A stretch of 63,147 nt of DNA from an uncultured bacterium (GTDB lineage Bacteria > Patescibacteriota > Doudnabacteria > UBA920). The notes beneath the pieces were generated by a model. That model ran no database searches. It worked only from the letters and a program-made list of their open reading frames with translations, and was not told the origin of the DNA. Within the stretch, counting starts at the first letter, position 1, and every line of letters begins with the position of its first letter. The stretch lies in contig CAVVMJ010000008.1 of assembly GCA_963749445.1 (NCBI GenBank), positions 1 to 63,147 on the forward strand, read 5' to 3'. Made by a program: the position numbers and the translations under genes. This document shows positions 30,068-39,806 of the stretch, in pieces.

Positions 30068-30210
30068 AGTTTGGAGGTAAAGACTTTATCCAGCACCACT
30101 TTTCAAGTCGATTTAGTTGGTTTGAAGCCCCGATTGGCGCGACAATTTACCGCCTTCCAACTGGTGGTATATTAGTTACAAGTATTGCAGATATTTATGG
30201 TTATTTTGAT

Positions 30211-30286
30211 CGCGTAAACTTAGATTGGTTAGAGCCATTCGATTCACATTGCGAAAGGTCACAGGTTGCGAATCCTGCCCGCCACT
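30211..30286 (+). pseudogene. degenerate tRNA-like fragment (Val-CAC-like 3' portion)
   Basis: D-loop-like AGATTGGTTAGAGC, TTCACAT loop, AAGGTC-ACAGG-TTGCGAAT-CCTGC-CCGCCAC. No complementary 5' acceptor strand, and an extra G in two TTCGAA motifs. Confidence 0.35.
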
Positions 30287-30330
30287 GATAGTAATTATTA
30301 TCAAAAGCACCAAAATGGTTAATAATCATT

Positions 30331-31047
30331 TTGCTTAAGATCCGCCAAGATTTACCGGAAATACTTGAGGATAATTTAGTAGCAATTTATTTATATGGGT
30401 CTCTTACATATAATGCTTTTAACGAGTTAAAGAGCGATGTTGATTGCGAAGTGGTTACGAAAAGAAATTTAAGCGATGAAGAATTCAAAGTTTTGAAGAA
30501 TTGGTACAAGCAAGTATCAAAAACAAATTTTTGGGTAAAGCGGCTAGAAATGTATTACAGCACGAAACAGAGTGTAAAGAGACTTGGCCATAAGTCAGAA
30601 GGCGCTGTTTATCATAATAGTAAGTTTCAAAAAATTGCCCGGTCATATTGGCCCAATCCTATAACTTGGTTTAATATACGCAAAAGCGGTAAAGTATTAT
30701 ATGGGGCTGATCCAAAACTATTTATTCCAGATGTGGGCAGGGGGCAGTTGCTTAAAGCGCTGAAAATGGAGGTAGAGTATTTAGAAAAGAGAAATCCAAA
30801 ATGTACCAGAGCGCCACGGGACCAAGCTTATGCTGTTTTAACGCTCTGCCGGATATTGTATACACTCAATCAAAACACCATTACTTCAAAAACCAAGGCG
30901 GCCCAATGGTGTATCAAGACGATGCCGGAATGGAGCGAGCTTATTCGTCTTGCGTTAAAATATAGGTACAGCAACAGTAAGAAGCCAAATTTCAGATTAC
31001 AGCAGCTTTTGCCGGGCTATTTAGAATTAGTTCAAAGCAGAACTTGA
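30331..31047 (+). CDS. nucleotidyltransferase, AadA/ANT-like (NTase domain plus DUF4111-like C-terminus)
   Basis: LVAIYLYGSL...SDVD motif. TTG start as in the ORF track. AT-richer than its neighbours. Confidence 0.6.
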   Translation: MLKIRQDLPEILEDNLVAIYLYGSLTYNAFNELKSDVDCEVVTKRNLSDEEFKVLKNWYKQVSKTNFWVKRLEMYYSTKQSVKRLGHKSEGAVYHNSKFQKIARSYWPNPITWFNIRKSGKVLYGADPKLFIPDVGRGQLLKALKMEVEYLEKRNPKCTRAPRDQAYAVLTLCRILYTLNQNTITSKTKAAQWCIKTMPEWSELIRLALKYRYSNSKKPNFRLQQLLPGYLELVQSRT

Positions 31048-31124
31048 TTTAGTTGAATTAATTAGGAAGAAACACCCTTGACCTGTTCGCAATTATCAGT
31101 AGAATAACCTTACATCAACATCTT

Positions 31125-31734
31125 ATGGATTTAAACCAAAACCAAAATCCAGTGCCGGAACAGGGCGGAAGCGGTTTTAAAACCGTGGGCCTGTTTTTTT
31201 GGGATTTGCTGAAAATTTTTATTGTGGCCCTGGTGATTATTGTTCCTTTCCGGATGTTTGTGGCTGAGCCGTTCGTGGTCAGCGGGTCTTCCATGGTGCC
31301 GACATTCCACAACGGCGATTATTTGGTTGTGGACCGGCTGTCTTACCGTTTTTCCCCGCCGAAACGCGGCGACGTGATTGTGCTTAAGTTTCCCAAAGAC
31401 ACCTCGCAGTTTTTTATTAAGCGGATAATCGGCTTGCCCGGGGACACGGTTAAATTTTCGCAGGGACACGTGGTGATAGTTAACAGCCAATATCCCGAAG
31501 GCCTGGTTTTAAACGAGCCTTACCTGTCCAGCCCAACCGAAACTCTGGGCCAGTCAATGGCAACTCCGCTCGGCAGCAACGAGTACTTTGTGCTGGGCGA
31601 TAACCGCACGGCCAGCTCGGATTCCCGCGTTTGGGGCATTTTGCCGGCCAGATGACATTGTCGGCCGCGTGTGGGTGCGGGTGTTTCCGCTGGGCGAATG
31701 GCCGCGTTTAAAACGCCGAGGTATCAGTGAGTAA
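31125..31734 (+). CDS. lepB: signal peptidase I; one frame break
   Basis: GSSMVPT, KRIIGLPGD, GDNRTASSDSR. The C-terminal DDIVGRVWVRVFP is recovered after a break at ~31650. Confidence 0.85.
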
Positions 31735-31738
31735 AAAT

Positions 31739-31880
31739 AACCTCTAAACCTCTAAAAATTAAACAAAATCCAAACCACGAACTATAACAATATAAACGGA
31801 ATAAAGATTTTGGTTTATAATTTGAAATTTTAGATTTTGTGATTTGTTTAGATTTTCGAAAGTTTAGTATTTAGACTTTG
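31739..31880. repeat. word-hairpin (CTCTAAA / TTTAGA words)
   Basis: Fills the spacer from the lepB stop (31732-34) to the hisS ATG (31889). Confidence 0.6.
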
Positions 31881-31888
31881 ATAAAGCC

Positions 31889-33186
31889 ATGGGACGACAT
31901 AAAAAAACCGTTTCGGGGTCGGCATATTTGCCCAAAAAAATCCATGGTCTGGAGGGAGCTGCGGATATTATTGCCGAAAACGACATCCTTTGGGAAGCGG
32001 TGCTCAAGAGGCTGAACCGCGATTAGCCGGACTTACGGTTTTAGCCGGATTGAAACGCCGCTTTTGGAAGACGTCCATTTGTACGAAAGTTTTTACCAAA
32101 ATCACCAGGCGGAAAGCGCCGGGCTTTTGCGCACCGAGGTTTCCGGCCGGCCGGCGGCTTTGCGGCCCAGCCTTTTGCCCTCGGTGTTGCGCTGTTACTA
32201 TCAGTATAAAATTTTTGAAAAACAGCCTTTGAGCAAGTGGTATTACGCCGGTTGGACCAACCGGCAGGGCGTGCGCGGCGCGCTTACGAGCAACTATGAA
32301 TATGGATTTGAAGTCCTGGGCAGTTTCGGTCATTTGGCCGAAGCCCAGCTCATTGGCGCCGTCTGGGAATTGCTGAAATCTTTGGGACTGTCTACAGTTG
32401 CCCTGGAAATTAATAATATTGGGCAGGAAGCTTGCCAAATAGCTTATCAGGACAGTTTAAAAGATTATTTGCTCGGCAAAAAATATCAGCTGTGCGATTC
32501 CTGCAACGAAGCTTTGACCATTAGGCCCCTGAATGTTTTCCGCTGCGGGAATTTGGACTGCCAGGCGCTGCTTTCCGAAGCGCCGACTGTGCTGGATTTT
32601 CTGGATGTAGACAGCCGCAAACATTTTACCGGAATTTTGGAAGCTTTGGATGAACTGGGCGTGCCTTATCAGTTAAACCCGCTTTATGCCGGCACGGATG
32701 GCCACAGCCAGACTAATTTTGTCATAAAGTATAAAGACAAAAACGGCAGCAAAGTCCTGGGCGAGGGCGGCAGTCACGAAGGTTACATGCAGCATCTTTG
32801 CGGCAAGAACCACCGCAGCTTTGGTTTTACAGGCAGCGCCAGCCGCTTGCGGGAACTGTTGGAGCAGTCTAAGACCCAAGTCTACAGGGAGCAAAAGAGC
32901 GATGTATTTTTGGTGCCGTTGGGCGAACTGGCTTCCAAAAGAAGCCTGCGGCTTGTTCCGCGACTTGACTGCCGAACAGGTTGCGGTTTATGATCACTTT
33001 GGCGACAGCGGCGTCAAAAACCAGCTTAAGCAGGCGCAAACTTTCAACGCGCCCATAGCTCTGATTATGGGCCAAAAGGAAGCCATGGACGAGCTGGTAA
33101 TTCTGCGTGACGTCAAAAGCGGGATGCAGGAAATCATTTCTTATGATAAAATAGTGGCAGAGGTGAAGAAGCGCTTAGGCCGCTGA
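31889..33186 (+). CDS. hisS: histidyl-tRNA synthetase-like protein; several frame breaks
   Basis: LRPSLLPSVLR and a C-terminal anticodon-binding-like domain. Breaks at ~32025 and ~32940. A motif-2-like RLDQPAGRARR is readable only in another frame at ~32245..32300. Confidence 0.65.
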
Positions 33187-33426
33187 TTAGTCGCTGACCC
33201 ATTCGGTTATACTCAGGGTCACCCCGAGCAAAGTCGAGGGGTGATACGTACGCTGAATTGACGCTAAATTTAAGCATTGAAGTTTTAGGGGATGTTAAGG
33301 ATTGCCAAGGGTTTTTTATTAATTTTTCATTAACCAAATTTATTATTAAATGCTGGTAAGCGATAGCGCTAGAAGTAAAACTTCAGCGACCGATCAGCGT
33401 ACTAATCAGCGTTAATTCAGCGGCAT

Positions 33427-33762
33427 ATGAACGACTGCGTATTTTGCAACATCATCAACCGCACCATTGAGGCTAAAATTCTTTTGGAAACGGAAGACTT
33501 AATCGTCATTGACGACATTTTGCCCAAAGCCCCGGTTCATATGCTGGTTATCCCCAAAAAACATATTTTATCCATAAACCATTTGGATAACCAGGATGCG
33601 GCCCTGGCCGGCAAAATGATTGAGGCGGCCCAGCAAATGGCCAAGCGCAGTGGCATTGCCGATAAAGGTTATCGTCTGGTGTTTAATGTGGGCAAAGACG
33701 GGGGGCAGGTTATTCCGCATTTGCATTTGCATTTGCTAGGCGGCAAAAAGTTTAGCGATTAA
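33427..33762 (+). CDS. HIT-family (histidine triad) protein
   Basis: C-terminal HLHLHLLGG. Confidence 0.9.
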   Translation: MNDCVFCNIINRTIEAKILLETEDLIVIDDILPKAPVHMLVIPKKHILSINHLDNQDAALAGKMIEAAQQMAKRSGIADKGYRLVFNVGKDGGQVIPHLHLHLLGGKKFSD

Positions 33763-33864
33763 CCCGCCAAAATTTTAATCCTGTTGGTTGGCCGCCAATA
33801 TTTGTTGAATTATTTCGTCGTTCCACAAGCCGTTAATAATCAGAATTAAAATTTAGGCGGGTAA
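33759..33864. mobile_element. 107-bp-class MITE-like element, family G copy 1
   Basis: TIR TTAACCCGCCAAAATTTTA / TAAAATTTAGGCGGGTAAA. The left end overlaps the HIT stop codon. Confidence 0.55.
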
Positions 33865-33965
33865 AGTTAACAATAAGAATAACCATAACGAGAACTTTTG
33901 ACGGAGTTGTTATGGCTTTTTTGTTGTTATTGTTGCGACAGTGTTTTATTAAAATAGCACGGTGT

Positions 33966-33994
33966 TTGACCAAACAGGGAAAATTTGATATAAT
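33966..33994 (+). promoter_or_regulatory. sigma70-like promoter of rpsU
   Basis: TTGACC-17 nt-TATAAT, followed by a ~120-nt leader. Confidence 0.55.
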
Positions 33995-34115
33995 TTAACC
34001 ATCGTAAATCCGGCGCCGGTCAAAAGTTTGTCCTGCGAAATCAAATATGTGGGCAAAAGACTAACGCATAAATCCCGTCGCGCGGATAGATTCTGGGAAG
34101 GGGTGACATTATTTA

Positions 34116-34355
34116 ATGGTAGAAGTCAAGAAAAAAGACAACGAATCGTTTGATTCCCTGCTCCGCCGTTTTAACCGGAAAATCCAGCAAAGCGGCGTGT
34201 TAATCCGCGCCCGCAAAACCCGTTTTTTTGAACCCCCCAAAAGCCGCAACCTGCAAAAGGTGGCTGCCCGGCGCCGGACCCAGATCCGCGCCCAAAAAGA
34301 AGAACTCAAAAAGCTCGGCAAGCCGGTACCCACAAGACGCTATGGCCGCAGATAG
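34116..34355 (+). CDS. rpsU: 30S ribosomal protein S21
   Basis: SLLRRFNRKIQQSGVLIRARKTRFFE, a basic 79-aa protein. Confidence 0.85.
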   Translation: MVEVKKKDNESFDSLLRRFNRKIQQSGVLIRARKTRFFEPPKSRNLQKVAARRRTQIRAQKEELKKLGKPVPTRRYGRR

Positions 34356-34431
34356 GAGCCGTTAGGTCACCTTGAGCGAAGCCGAAAGGTGCCGGTCAGA
34401 CGCTACGGCCGCCGCTAGGGTGGCGAGTAAA

Positions 34432-34505
34432 AAGTATAAAGTTATCAAGTTATAAAGTAATTCAGGCAAAACAACTTTATAATTTCAATTTATAACTTTA
34501 TAACT
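34432..34505. repeat. word-hairpin (TATAAAG / CTTTATA words)
   Basis: The right arm ends at the nucleotide before ATG 34506. Confidence 0.6.
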
Positions 34506-34968
34506 ATGTTATCCCTTTCCCAAATCGAATCCGACCTTAAGAATGCTCTCAAAGCGCGCGACAGCCTGCGCGCCGACACTTTGCGCGGCCTTAAAACCCG
34601 CGTGCAAAACGCGCAGACGGCCGCGGGCCGTCCCAACCCCGAATTAAGCGAGCCGGAGATAATCGCTCTTATCAGGTCGGAACTTAAGAGCCGCAAGGAA
34701 GCCGCGGAAAGCTACAAAACCGGCGGCCGTTCCGGAGCTGGCTGAAAAAGAATTAAAAGAGGCGGAGATTTTGCAAAAGTATTTGCCCGCACAAATGAGC
34801 GAGCGGCAATTGGCCGCGATTGTGGAAAAGGCTGTGGCCGACATGGAAGCTACTGCCGCGGATTTTGGCAAAGTCATGGGCAAGCTAAAAGCCCAGCTCG
34901 GCGACCAGGCTGACGGCGCCACGCTGGCGCGAGTGTTGAAAGAAAAATTAAATAATAAGCAAATTTAA
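34506..34968 (+). CDS. GatB/YqeY domain protein; one frame break
   Basis: ORFs 34506..34745 and 34771..34968 join at ~34735. Confidence 0.75.
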
Positions 34969-35062
34969 CAATTAAGCAGTTAGCCAATGGCAACTGACTA
35001 GAAGTGAGCTGAAACGAATCTTCAACGTTATTCGCTAGATTCCGCGTACATTCTAGACGATA

Positions 35063-36317
35063 ATGACGCAAAGAACATACATTGTCGGTCTGGATGTCGG
35101 CACCGCCAACATCCGTGCGGTGCAGGCTAAGCTTGACCAGGACAAGCAAGAGTTTTCAGCGTCATCGGCGCCAGCGAAGTGCCGAGCCAGCGGCATCCGC
35201 CGCGGCGTAATTATTGACATTGAGGAAGCGGTCTCCAGCATCTCCGTGGCTTTGGAAAAAGTGGAGCGCATGACCGGCGTGCCCGTGGAGTCGGCTAACG
35301 TGTCCATCGGCGGCAGCCATATTTCTTCGCAGGCCAGCCACGGCGTCATTGCGGTTTCGCGCGCCGACGGCGAAATTATGGAAAATGACATTGTCCGCGC
35401 CGTGGACGCCTCGCAGGTCATTTCCATTCCGCAAAACAAGGAAGTTCTGCACGTTTTTCCAAAAAGTTTTATTTTGGACGGCCAGACCGGCATTAAGGAT
35501 CCGTTGGGTATGAGCGGCATTCGGCTGGAAGTGGACACGATTATCGTTCAGGCCGGGCTGCCGTTTGTCAAAAATTTGACCAAGGCCATTATGCAGGCCG
35601 GTATGGAGATTGATGATTTGGTTTTGGCGCCCTGCGCCGCGGCCGAGGCGGTTTTGAGCAAGCGGCAAAAAGATTTGGGCGTGGCTGTGGTGGATTTGGG
35701 CGCGGGCACCACGTCTTTGGCCGTATTTGAGGAAGGGGATTTGCTGCACACGGCGGTGATCCCTATTGGCCAGATGCACGTGACCAACGACGTGGCTATT
35801 GGTTTAAGATGTTCCATTGACACGGCGGAAAAAGTCAAACTGATGTTCGGGCACTGCGACCCAAAAGCCGTGGCCAAGGACGAAGAAATTGATTTGTCCA
35901 AAATTGACTCTACGGAAACCGAAACCACTTTGCGCGGCTTATGTGGTGGAAATTATTGAAGCCAGAATGGAAGAAATTTTTGATCACGTTAACGCGGAGC
36001 TCAAAAAAATCAGCCGCGACGGCAAATTGCCTTCCGGCGTGGTGCTTACCGGCGGCGGCAGCAAACTGCCGGGCGTGGTGGATTTTGCCAAAAAACATTT
36101 GCGCCTGCCGGCTTCGGTGGGCAAGCCGCAAAACATCAACACCATAATTGACCGCGTGGACGACCCGGCCTTTGCCACGGCCGTTGGCCTGGTGTTCTGG
36201 GGCGGCCGGTTCTCCACTTCCGCCGGCAAAAATCAGTTCGGCGGCCTGGTGAAAAATTGGTTGCAAAACCCGAACGTAGCTAAATTTCGCAAGTGGATGA
36301 AGTCGTTCTTACCTTAG
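35063..36317 (+). CDS. ftsA: cell division protein FtsA; one frame break
   Basis: IVGLDVGTANIR, DLGAGTTSLAVF, VLTGGGSKLPG. Break at ~35930. Confidence 0.9.
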
Positions 36318-36330
36318 GATGTCTTTGATA

Positions 36331-36357
36331 AGACGGCCGCTTTTAGCGGTCTTTTTT
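36331..36357 (+). terminator. stem-loop plus T-run after ftsA
   Basis: AGACGGCCGC-tttt-AGCGGTCT followed by TTTTT. Confidence 0.45.
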
Positions 36358-36439
36358 ATTCAAGACAGATAAAAGCACCCCTATCCGAAATTACGGGGTT
36401 TGGCATGGCGGATAAGTTATAAATCAAAGTTTGCCATTT

Positions 36440-36467
36440 TTGCCTAATTTGGCCAATGTGCTATAAT
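36440..36467 (+). promoter_or_regulatory. extended -10 promoter of ftsZ
   Basis: TTGCCT-16 nt-TGcTATAAT. Confidence 0.45.
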
Positions 36468-36628
36468 CAAACAAACAAAAACTTTCGCGGATACGCGGAT
36501 TGCGCGGGTGCCGCCGATGGCACAGCCATCAACCTCCAAAAACCAAAAACCAAGCCCAAAAAAGCGCAAAATTTAAGGCTTGATTTTTATTTATATATCC
36601 ATTATTGTGAACTTAAGAACTTTATAAC

Positions 36629-37846
36629 ATGTCCAAAAAAATGGAAGTCAAACCAAAAATTGAAACTTTCGCCCGGATTAAGGTTTTGGGCATTGGCGGC
36701 TCCGGCACCTCGGCCGTTAACCGTATGAGCCAGCTGGGCATTAAGGGCGTGGAATTTATCAGCATCAACACCGACGCCCAGGCGCTTCATAACAACCAGG
36801 CTGACCGCAAGGTGCACATTGGCAAGGGCATTACCAAGGGCCTCGGCAGCGGCATGAACCCGGAACTTGGGCGCCAGGCGGCCGAAGAAAGCGTGGAAGA
36901 GCTGGAAGAAGTGGTGGATAACGCCGACATGGTGTTTATTACCTGCGGCCTGGGCGGCGGTACCGGCACGGGCGCGGCGCCGATTTTGGCCGAGCTGGCC
37001 AAAAACAAAGGCGTGCTCACCGTGGCCGTGGTCACCAAGCCGTTTACCTTTGAAGGCAGCAAGCGCAAGGAAGTGGCCGAAACCGGTTACGAAAACCTAA
37101 AGGACAAAGTGGACGCCATAATTTCCATCCACAACGACCGCATTTTGCAAATTATAGATAAAAAAACCTCACTCATTGAGGCGTTTAAAACCGTGGACGA
37201 AGTGCTGCGCCAGGGCATTGCCGGCATCTAGGATTTGATTACCACGCACGGTTTGGTCAATGCCGACTTTGCGGACGTGCGCAGCATTATGCAGGACGCG
37301 GGCACGGCGCTAATGGGCATTGGCAGGGCCTCAGGCGAAAAGCGCGCCCAGGACGCGGCGCGTATGGCCATTAATTCGCCGCTGCTGGAAATGACCATAG
37401 ACGGCGCCAAAGGCGTGCTGTTTAACATTACCGGCGGGCCAGAATTTGGGCATGTTTGAAATTGACGAAGCCGCCAAAGTCATTACCAAGAGCATAGATC
37501 CGGACGCCAAGGTCAAGTTCGGCGCGGTTATAGACGAAAGCATGGGCGATGAAATCCGCATTACCGTAATTGCCACGGGTTTTGACGAAGGCAACCGCCG
37601 TCCCATGCCGGTGCAACTGCCGGTCAGGGAAGAGCCCAAAAAGCCCTTACTGGATCCGCGCGGTCAAGCTCCGGCCCAGCCGCCTATGGAAGCCAGGAAG
37701 CCCTTGTTCCTCCCCAGCCGGCTCAGCCGTTCCATTTGCCGCCGCCGCAATCCATTCAGCCGATCACCCGGCCCACGCCCGAAGACCCCGCGGCTTCGGA
37801 TGACGAACTAGACATTCCTGCGTTCATCCGTAAAAAAATGAAGTAG
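36629..37846 (+). CDS. ftsZ: cell division protein FtsZ; in-frame TAG plus two frame breaks
   Basis: [18 protein letters not shown]-terminal [14 protein letters not shown] at 37229..37231 sits at the conserved GI(S/A)DLI position. Breaks at ~37445 and ~37715. Confidence 0.9.
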
Positions 37847-37861
37847 AACTTAAGAAGCATA

Positions 37862-37888
37862 AAAATTCCGCCCCTTGCGGAATTTTTA
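37862..37888 (+). terminator. intrinsic terminator after ftsZ
   Basis: ATTCCGC-ccctt-GCGGAAT followed by TTTTT. Confidence 0.7.
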
Positions 37889-38052
37889 AATATGTGCTAT
37901 AATATATATGTAAGGTTTTTAAAGGTCGGGCCGCTATCCTAAAGGAGGTGGAGCGGACAAAACCATTACTTATAGAAACAAAAAATAAGCCAAGCCAAAA
38001 CACAAATCAACCAAGATTCCTTAGTTATCGGCTCTTTCAATTGGAGAGCGGA

Positions 38053-38159
38053 TTAACCCGCCAAAATTTTGCCATTTTTTATTGGGAGGATTTAGTTTTT
38101 AGTTGATTAAACAAATTATTTAATCTTCTTAAATCCTTTCGCAAAGTTTAGGCGGGTAA
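38053..38159. mobile_element. 107-bp MITE-like element, family G copy 2
   Basis: TTAACCCGCCAAAATTTTGCC ... GCAAAGTTTAGGCGGGTAAA. Same length and ends as 50490..50596. Confidence 0.6.
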
Positions 38160-38189
38160 ATTGGAGTTTTGGAAAATAAAATAAATTTT

Positions 38190-38683
38190 ATGATGACCGA
38201 AGAAACCCCCGCAAAGGTGATGGGACTCTTGGGCGTTCCCTGTTCTCGCTGGCGTTTTTGTTTGCCGTCAGCCTGACCAATGCCAGCTTCCGGGGAACGG
38301 AAACGCAGTTGCCAAGCCCGTTCAGTCCCGATAAAGTTGTGGCCCTTTTAAACCACGATCCGTTCGGCCCCGAGCACGTAATGCCCGGGCTGGACAAGGT
38401 GGCAAGCAGCTACAGCAACTTTGTCCACCAGAACGTAACCGGCCCGGCCCAGGAAAGTTTTGCTTTTATGGATTACAGCTTCCAGCAAAATTACGCCTGG
38501 GTTATGGATAACAGCGATACGCAGATTGTCGCCCTGGCCGGCTTGCAGAGCTTGGTTACCCAGCCGCCGACGCCTATGGCCCATCCGGCCCCCGGCTCGG
38601 TTGCCCATTCGACAGCGCTCAGGACAACCCTGAGCGGAGACGAACGGGTTGCCGGAGCGTACACGATGCGCTTTAGCCCTTAA
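38190..38683 (+). CDS. hypothetical secreted protein; one frame break
   Basis: ATG 38190 and a signal-like segment, joined to ORF 38258..38683 at ~38235. Confidence 0.45.
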
Positions 38684-38764
38684 GAATTGAAAGATTGAAA
38701 ATTTAATGATTGAAAGATTCCTAATCTTTCAATATTTCAATCTTTTAATCATTCAATAATCTTA
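38684..38764. repeat. word-hairpin (GATTGAAA / TTTCAATC words)
   Basis: Starts right after stop 38681-83. Confidence 0.65.
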
Positions 38765-38765
38765 A

Positions 38766-38799
38766 AACTCCCCGGTTGTGCCCCCGGGGAGTTTTTTTG
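38766..38799 (+). terminator. intrinsic terminator
   Basis: ACTCCCCGG-ttgtgcc-CCGGGGAGT followed by TTTTTTT. Confidence 0.75.
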
Positions 38800-38855
38800 T
38801 AATTTTTTGTGGATATCCTGTCCGGAAATAAGCAAAATAAGGAAATCCTCGGGTT

Positions 38856-38884
38856 TTGACAAAAACTATATGTAGTATTATCAT
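38856..38884 (+). promoter_or_regulatory. promoter of the nrdR-nrdJ region
   Basis: TTGACA-17 nt-TATCAT. Confidence 0.55.
38865..38876. promoter_or_regulatory. NrdR-box-like palindrome 1
   Basis: ACTATA|TGTAGT (5 of 6 pairs) in the promoter spacer. Confidence 0.5.
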
Positions 38885-38895
38885 ATAAGGGTAGT

Positions 38896-38911
38896 CCACT
38901 ATATCTTGTGG
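38896..38911. promoter_or_regulatory. NrdR-box-like palindrome 2
   Basis: CCACTATATCTTGTGG compared with the consensus acaCwAtATaTwGtgt. Its centre is 33 bp from box 1. Confidence 0.6.
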
Positions 38912-38979
38912 AAATAAAGAAACAGCGAAATTCAAATAAAAGCTAATATTTCAATACAAAGCGCCATAAAAAGCCTTAT

Positions 38980-39012
38980 ACCCGCCAAAATTTTTAGGAA
39001 ATTTTGGCGGGG
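38980..39012. repeat. solo hairpin made of the two family G termini
   Basis: ACCCGCCAAAATTT-ttagga-AATTTTGGCGGGG. Confidence 0.6.
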
Positions 39013-39013
39013 A

Positions 39014-39135
39014 AATACCTTTCGTTTGGGGAAGCCCTGTATCAGTCGCGCTTCGCGCTCCAGTACAGGGCTGAAAGGGTGAAACAGACCGGTAAACACT
39101 GACGCGGCAGCATTTTCGCCAAACAGGGGTTTTTA
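39014..39135 (+). ncRNA. structured leader segment, possible riboswitch of unassigned class
   Basis: 9-bp stem AGCCCTGTA/TACAGGGCT with an inner GCGC hairpin, GAAAGGGTGAAAC...CCGGTAAAC..CTGACGCGGCAGC, and closing GTTTGG/CCAAAC. Confidence 0.25.
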
Positions 39136-39212
39136 TTATCCCAAAAAAATTATTGAATTATTCTTTATAGCATCCGTCCGTGGAGATTTAAAAGTAAATT
39201 TCAGATAAGATG

Positions 39213-39350
39213 TTTTAGGTTATAAGGTATAGCGGCCAGTATGATTGTAGTGCAGGCCGTGGCCTGCCGTACAAGCAGGGCAGAGGCCCTGCACTTACAT
39301 CCCTAAGACCTGCAACTACACCGGCCGCCATGCCATATAACTTATAACCA
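39213..39350. repeat. family C hairpin element
   Basis: TTTTAGGTTATAAGGTATAGCGGCCAGTA ... CCGGCCGCCATGCCATATAACTTATAACC. It ends 8 nt before the nrdR ATG. Confidence 0.7.
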
Positions 39351-39358
39351 TTTAAACT

Positions 39359-39806
39359 ATGCGTTGTCCCAATTGTGAAAATGAAGATACCAAGGTCTTA
39401 GACAGCCGACCGGTGGACGATGGCGGACGCTATCCGTCGCCGGAGGGAATGCGATAAGTGTGAGTTCCGTTTTAGCACTTATGAGGAAATAGAAATTCTG
39501 GATTTATCAGTCTTAAAGAAAGACGGCCGCAAACAGCCGTTTTCCAAGGAAAAGCTGGAGCGGGCCATCCGCCTGCCAATGGACAAGCGGCCGCATACCG
39601 ACGAAACTTTGCGTAAATTGTTATCAGGGATTGAAATAGAAGTCCAGCGCAAGGCTAAGGACGGGGAGATTAAAAGTTCGGACATAGGCGAGATCGTGAT
39701 GAAAAAGCTGAAAAAAGTGGACAAGGTCGCTTACATCCGCTTTGCCGCCGTTTACCGCCAGTTTGAGGATGTGGAGGAGTTTAAGGAAGAACTTAAGAAG
39801 CTATAG
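39359..39806 (+). CDS. nrdR: transcriptional repressor NrdR; one frame break
   Basis: Zinc ribbon MRCPNCENEDTKVLDSRPVDDG, then AIRRRRECDKC and an ATP-cone. 1-nt break at ~39427. Confidence 0.85.

Noticed and set aside
37229-37231. The in-frame TAG in ftsZ, at the conserved GI(S/A)DLI position, was considered as evidence for stop-codon reassignment or suppression.
   Set aside because: TAG terminates other genes at their expected ends (ABC ATPase 14948-50, nrdR 39804-06, ORF ending 52362-64, comEC 46735-37). The sequence carries many technical-looking errors. A single TCG-to-TAG change, or an indel pair, is the simpler explanation.
37898-38052. A possible small ORF or RNA downstream of the TGCTATAAT box after ftsZ was considered (AAGGAGGTG followed by a 52-codon GTG frame running into the family G element).
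   Set aside because: The GTG overlaps the Shine-Dalgarno-like sequence itself, so there is no spacing. The frame is largely repeat-derived. There is no independent support.
39014-39135. A cobalamin riboswitch upstream of nrdR-nrdJ was considered. The segment has GGGGAA, GGGTGAAAC and CTGACGCGGCAGC strings reminiscent of B12-element blocks.
   Set aside because: I found no recognisable B12 box (GCCACTG-type) and could not lay out the full helix set. A B12 OFF switch in front of a B12-dependent RNR would also be functionally odd. It is kept only as an unclassified structured leader.
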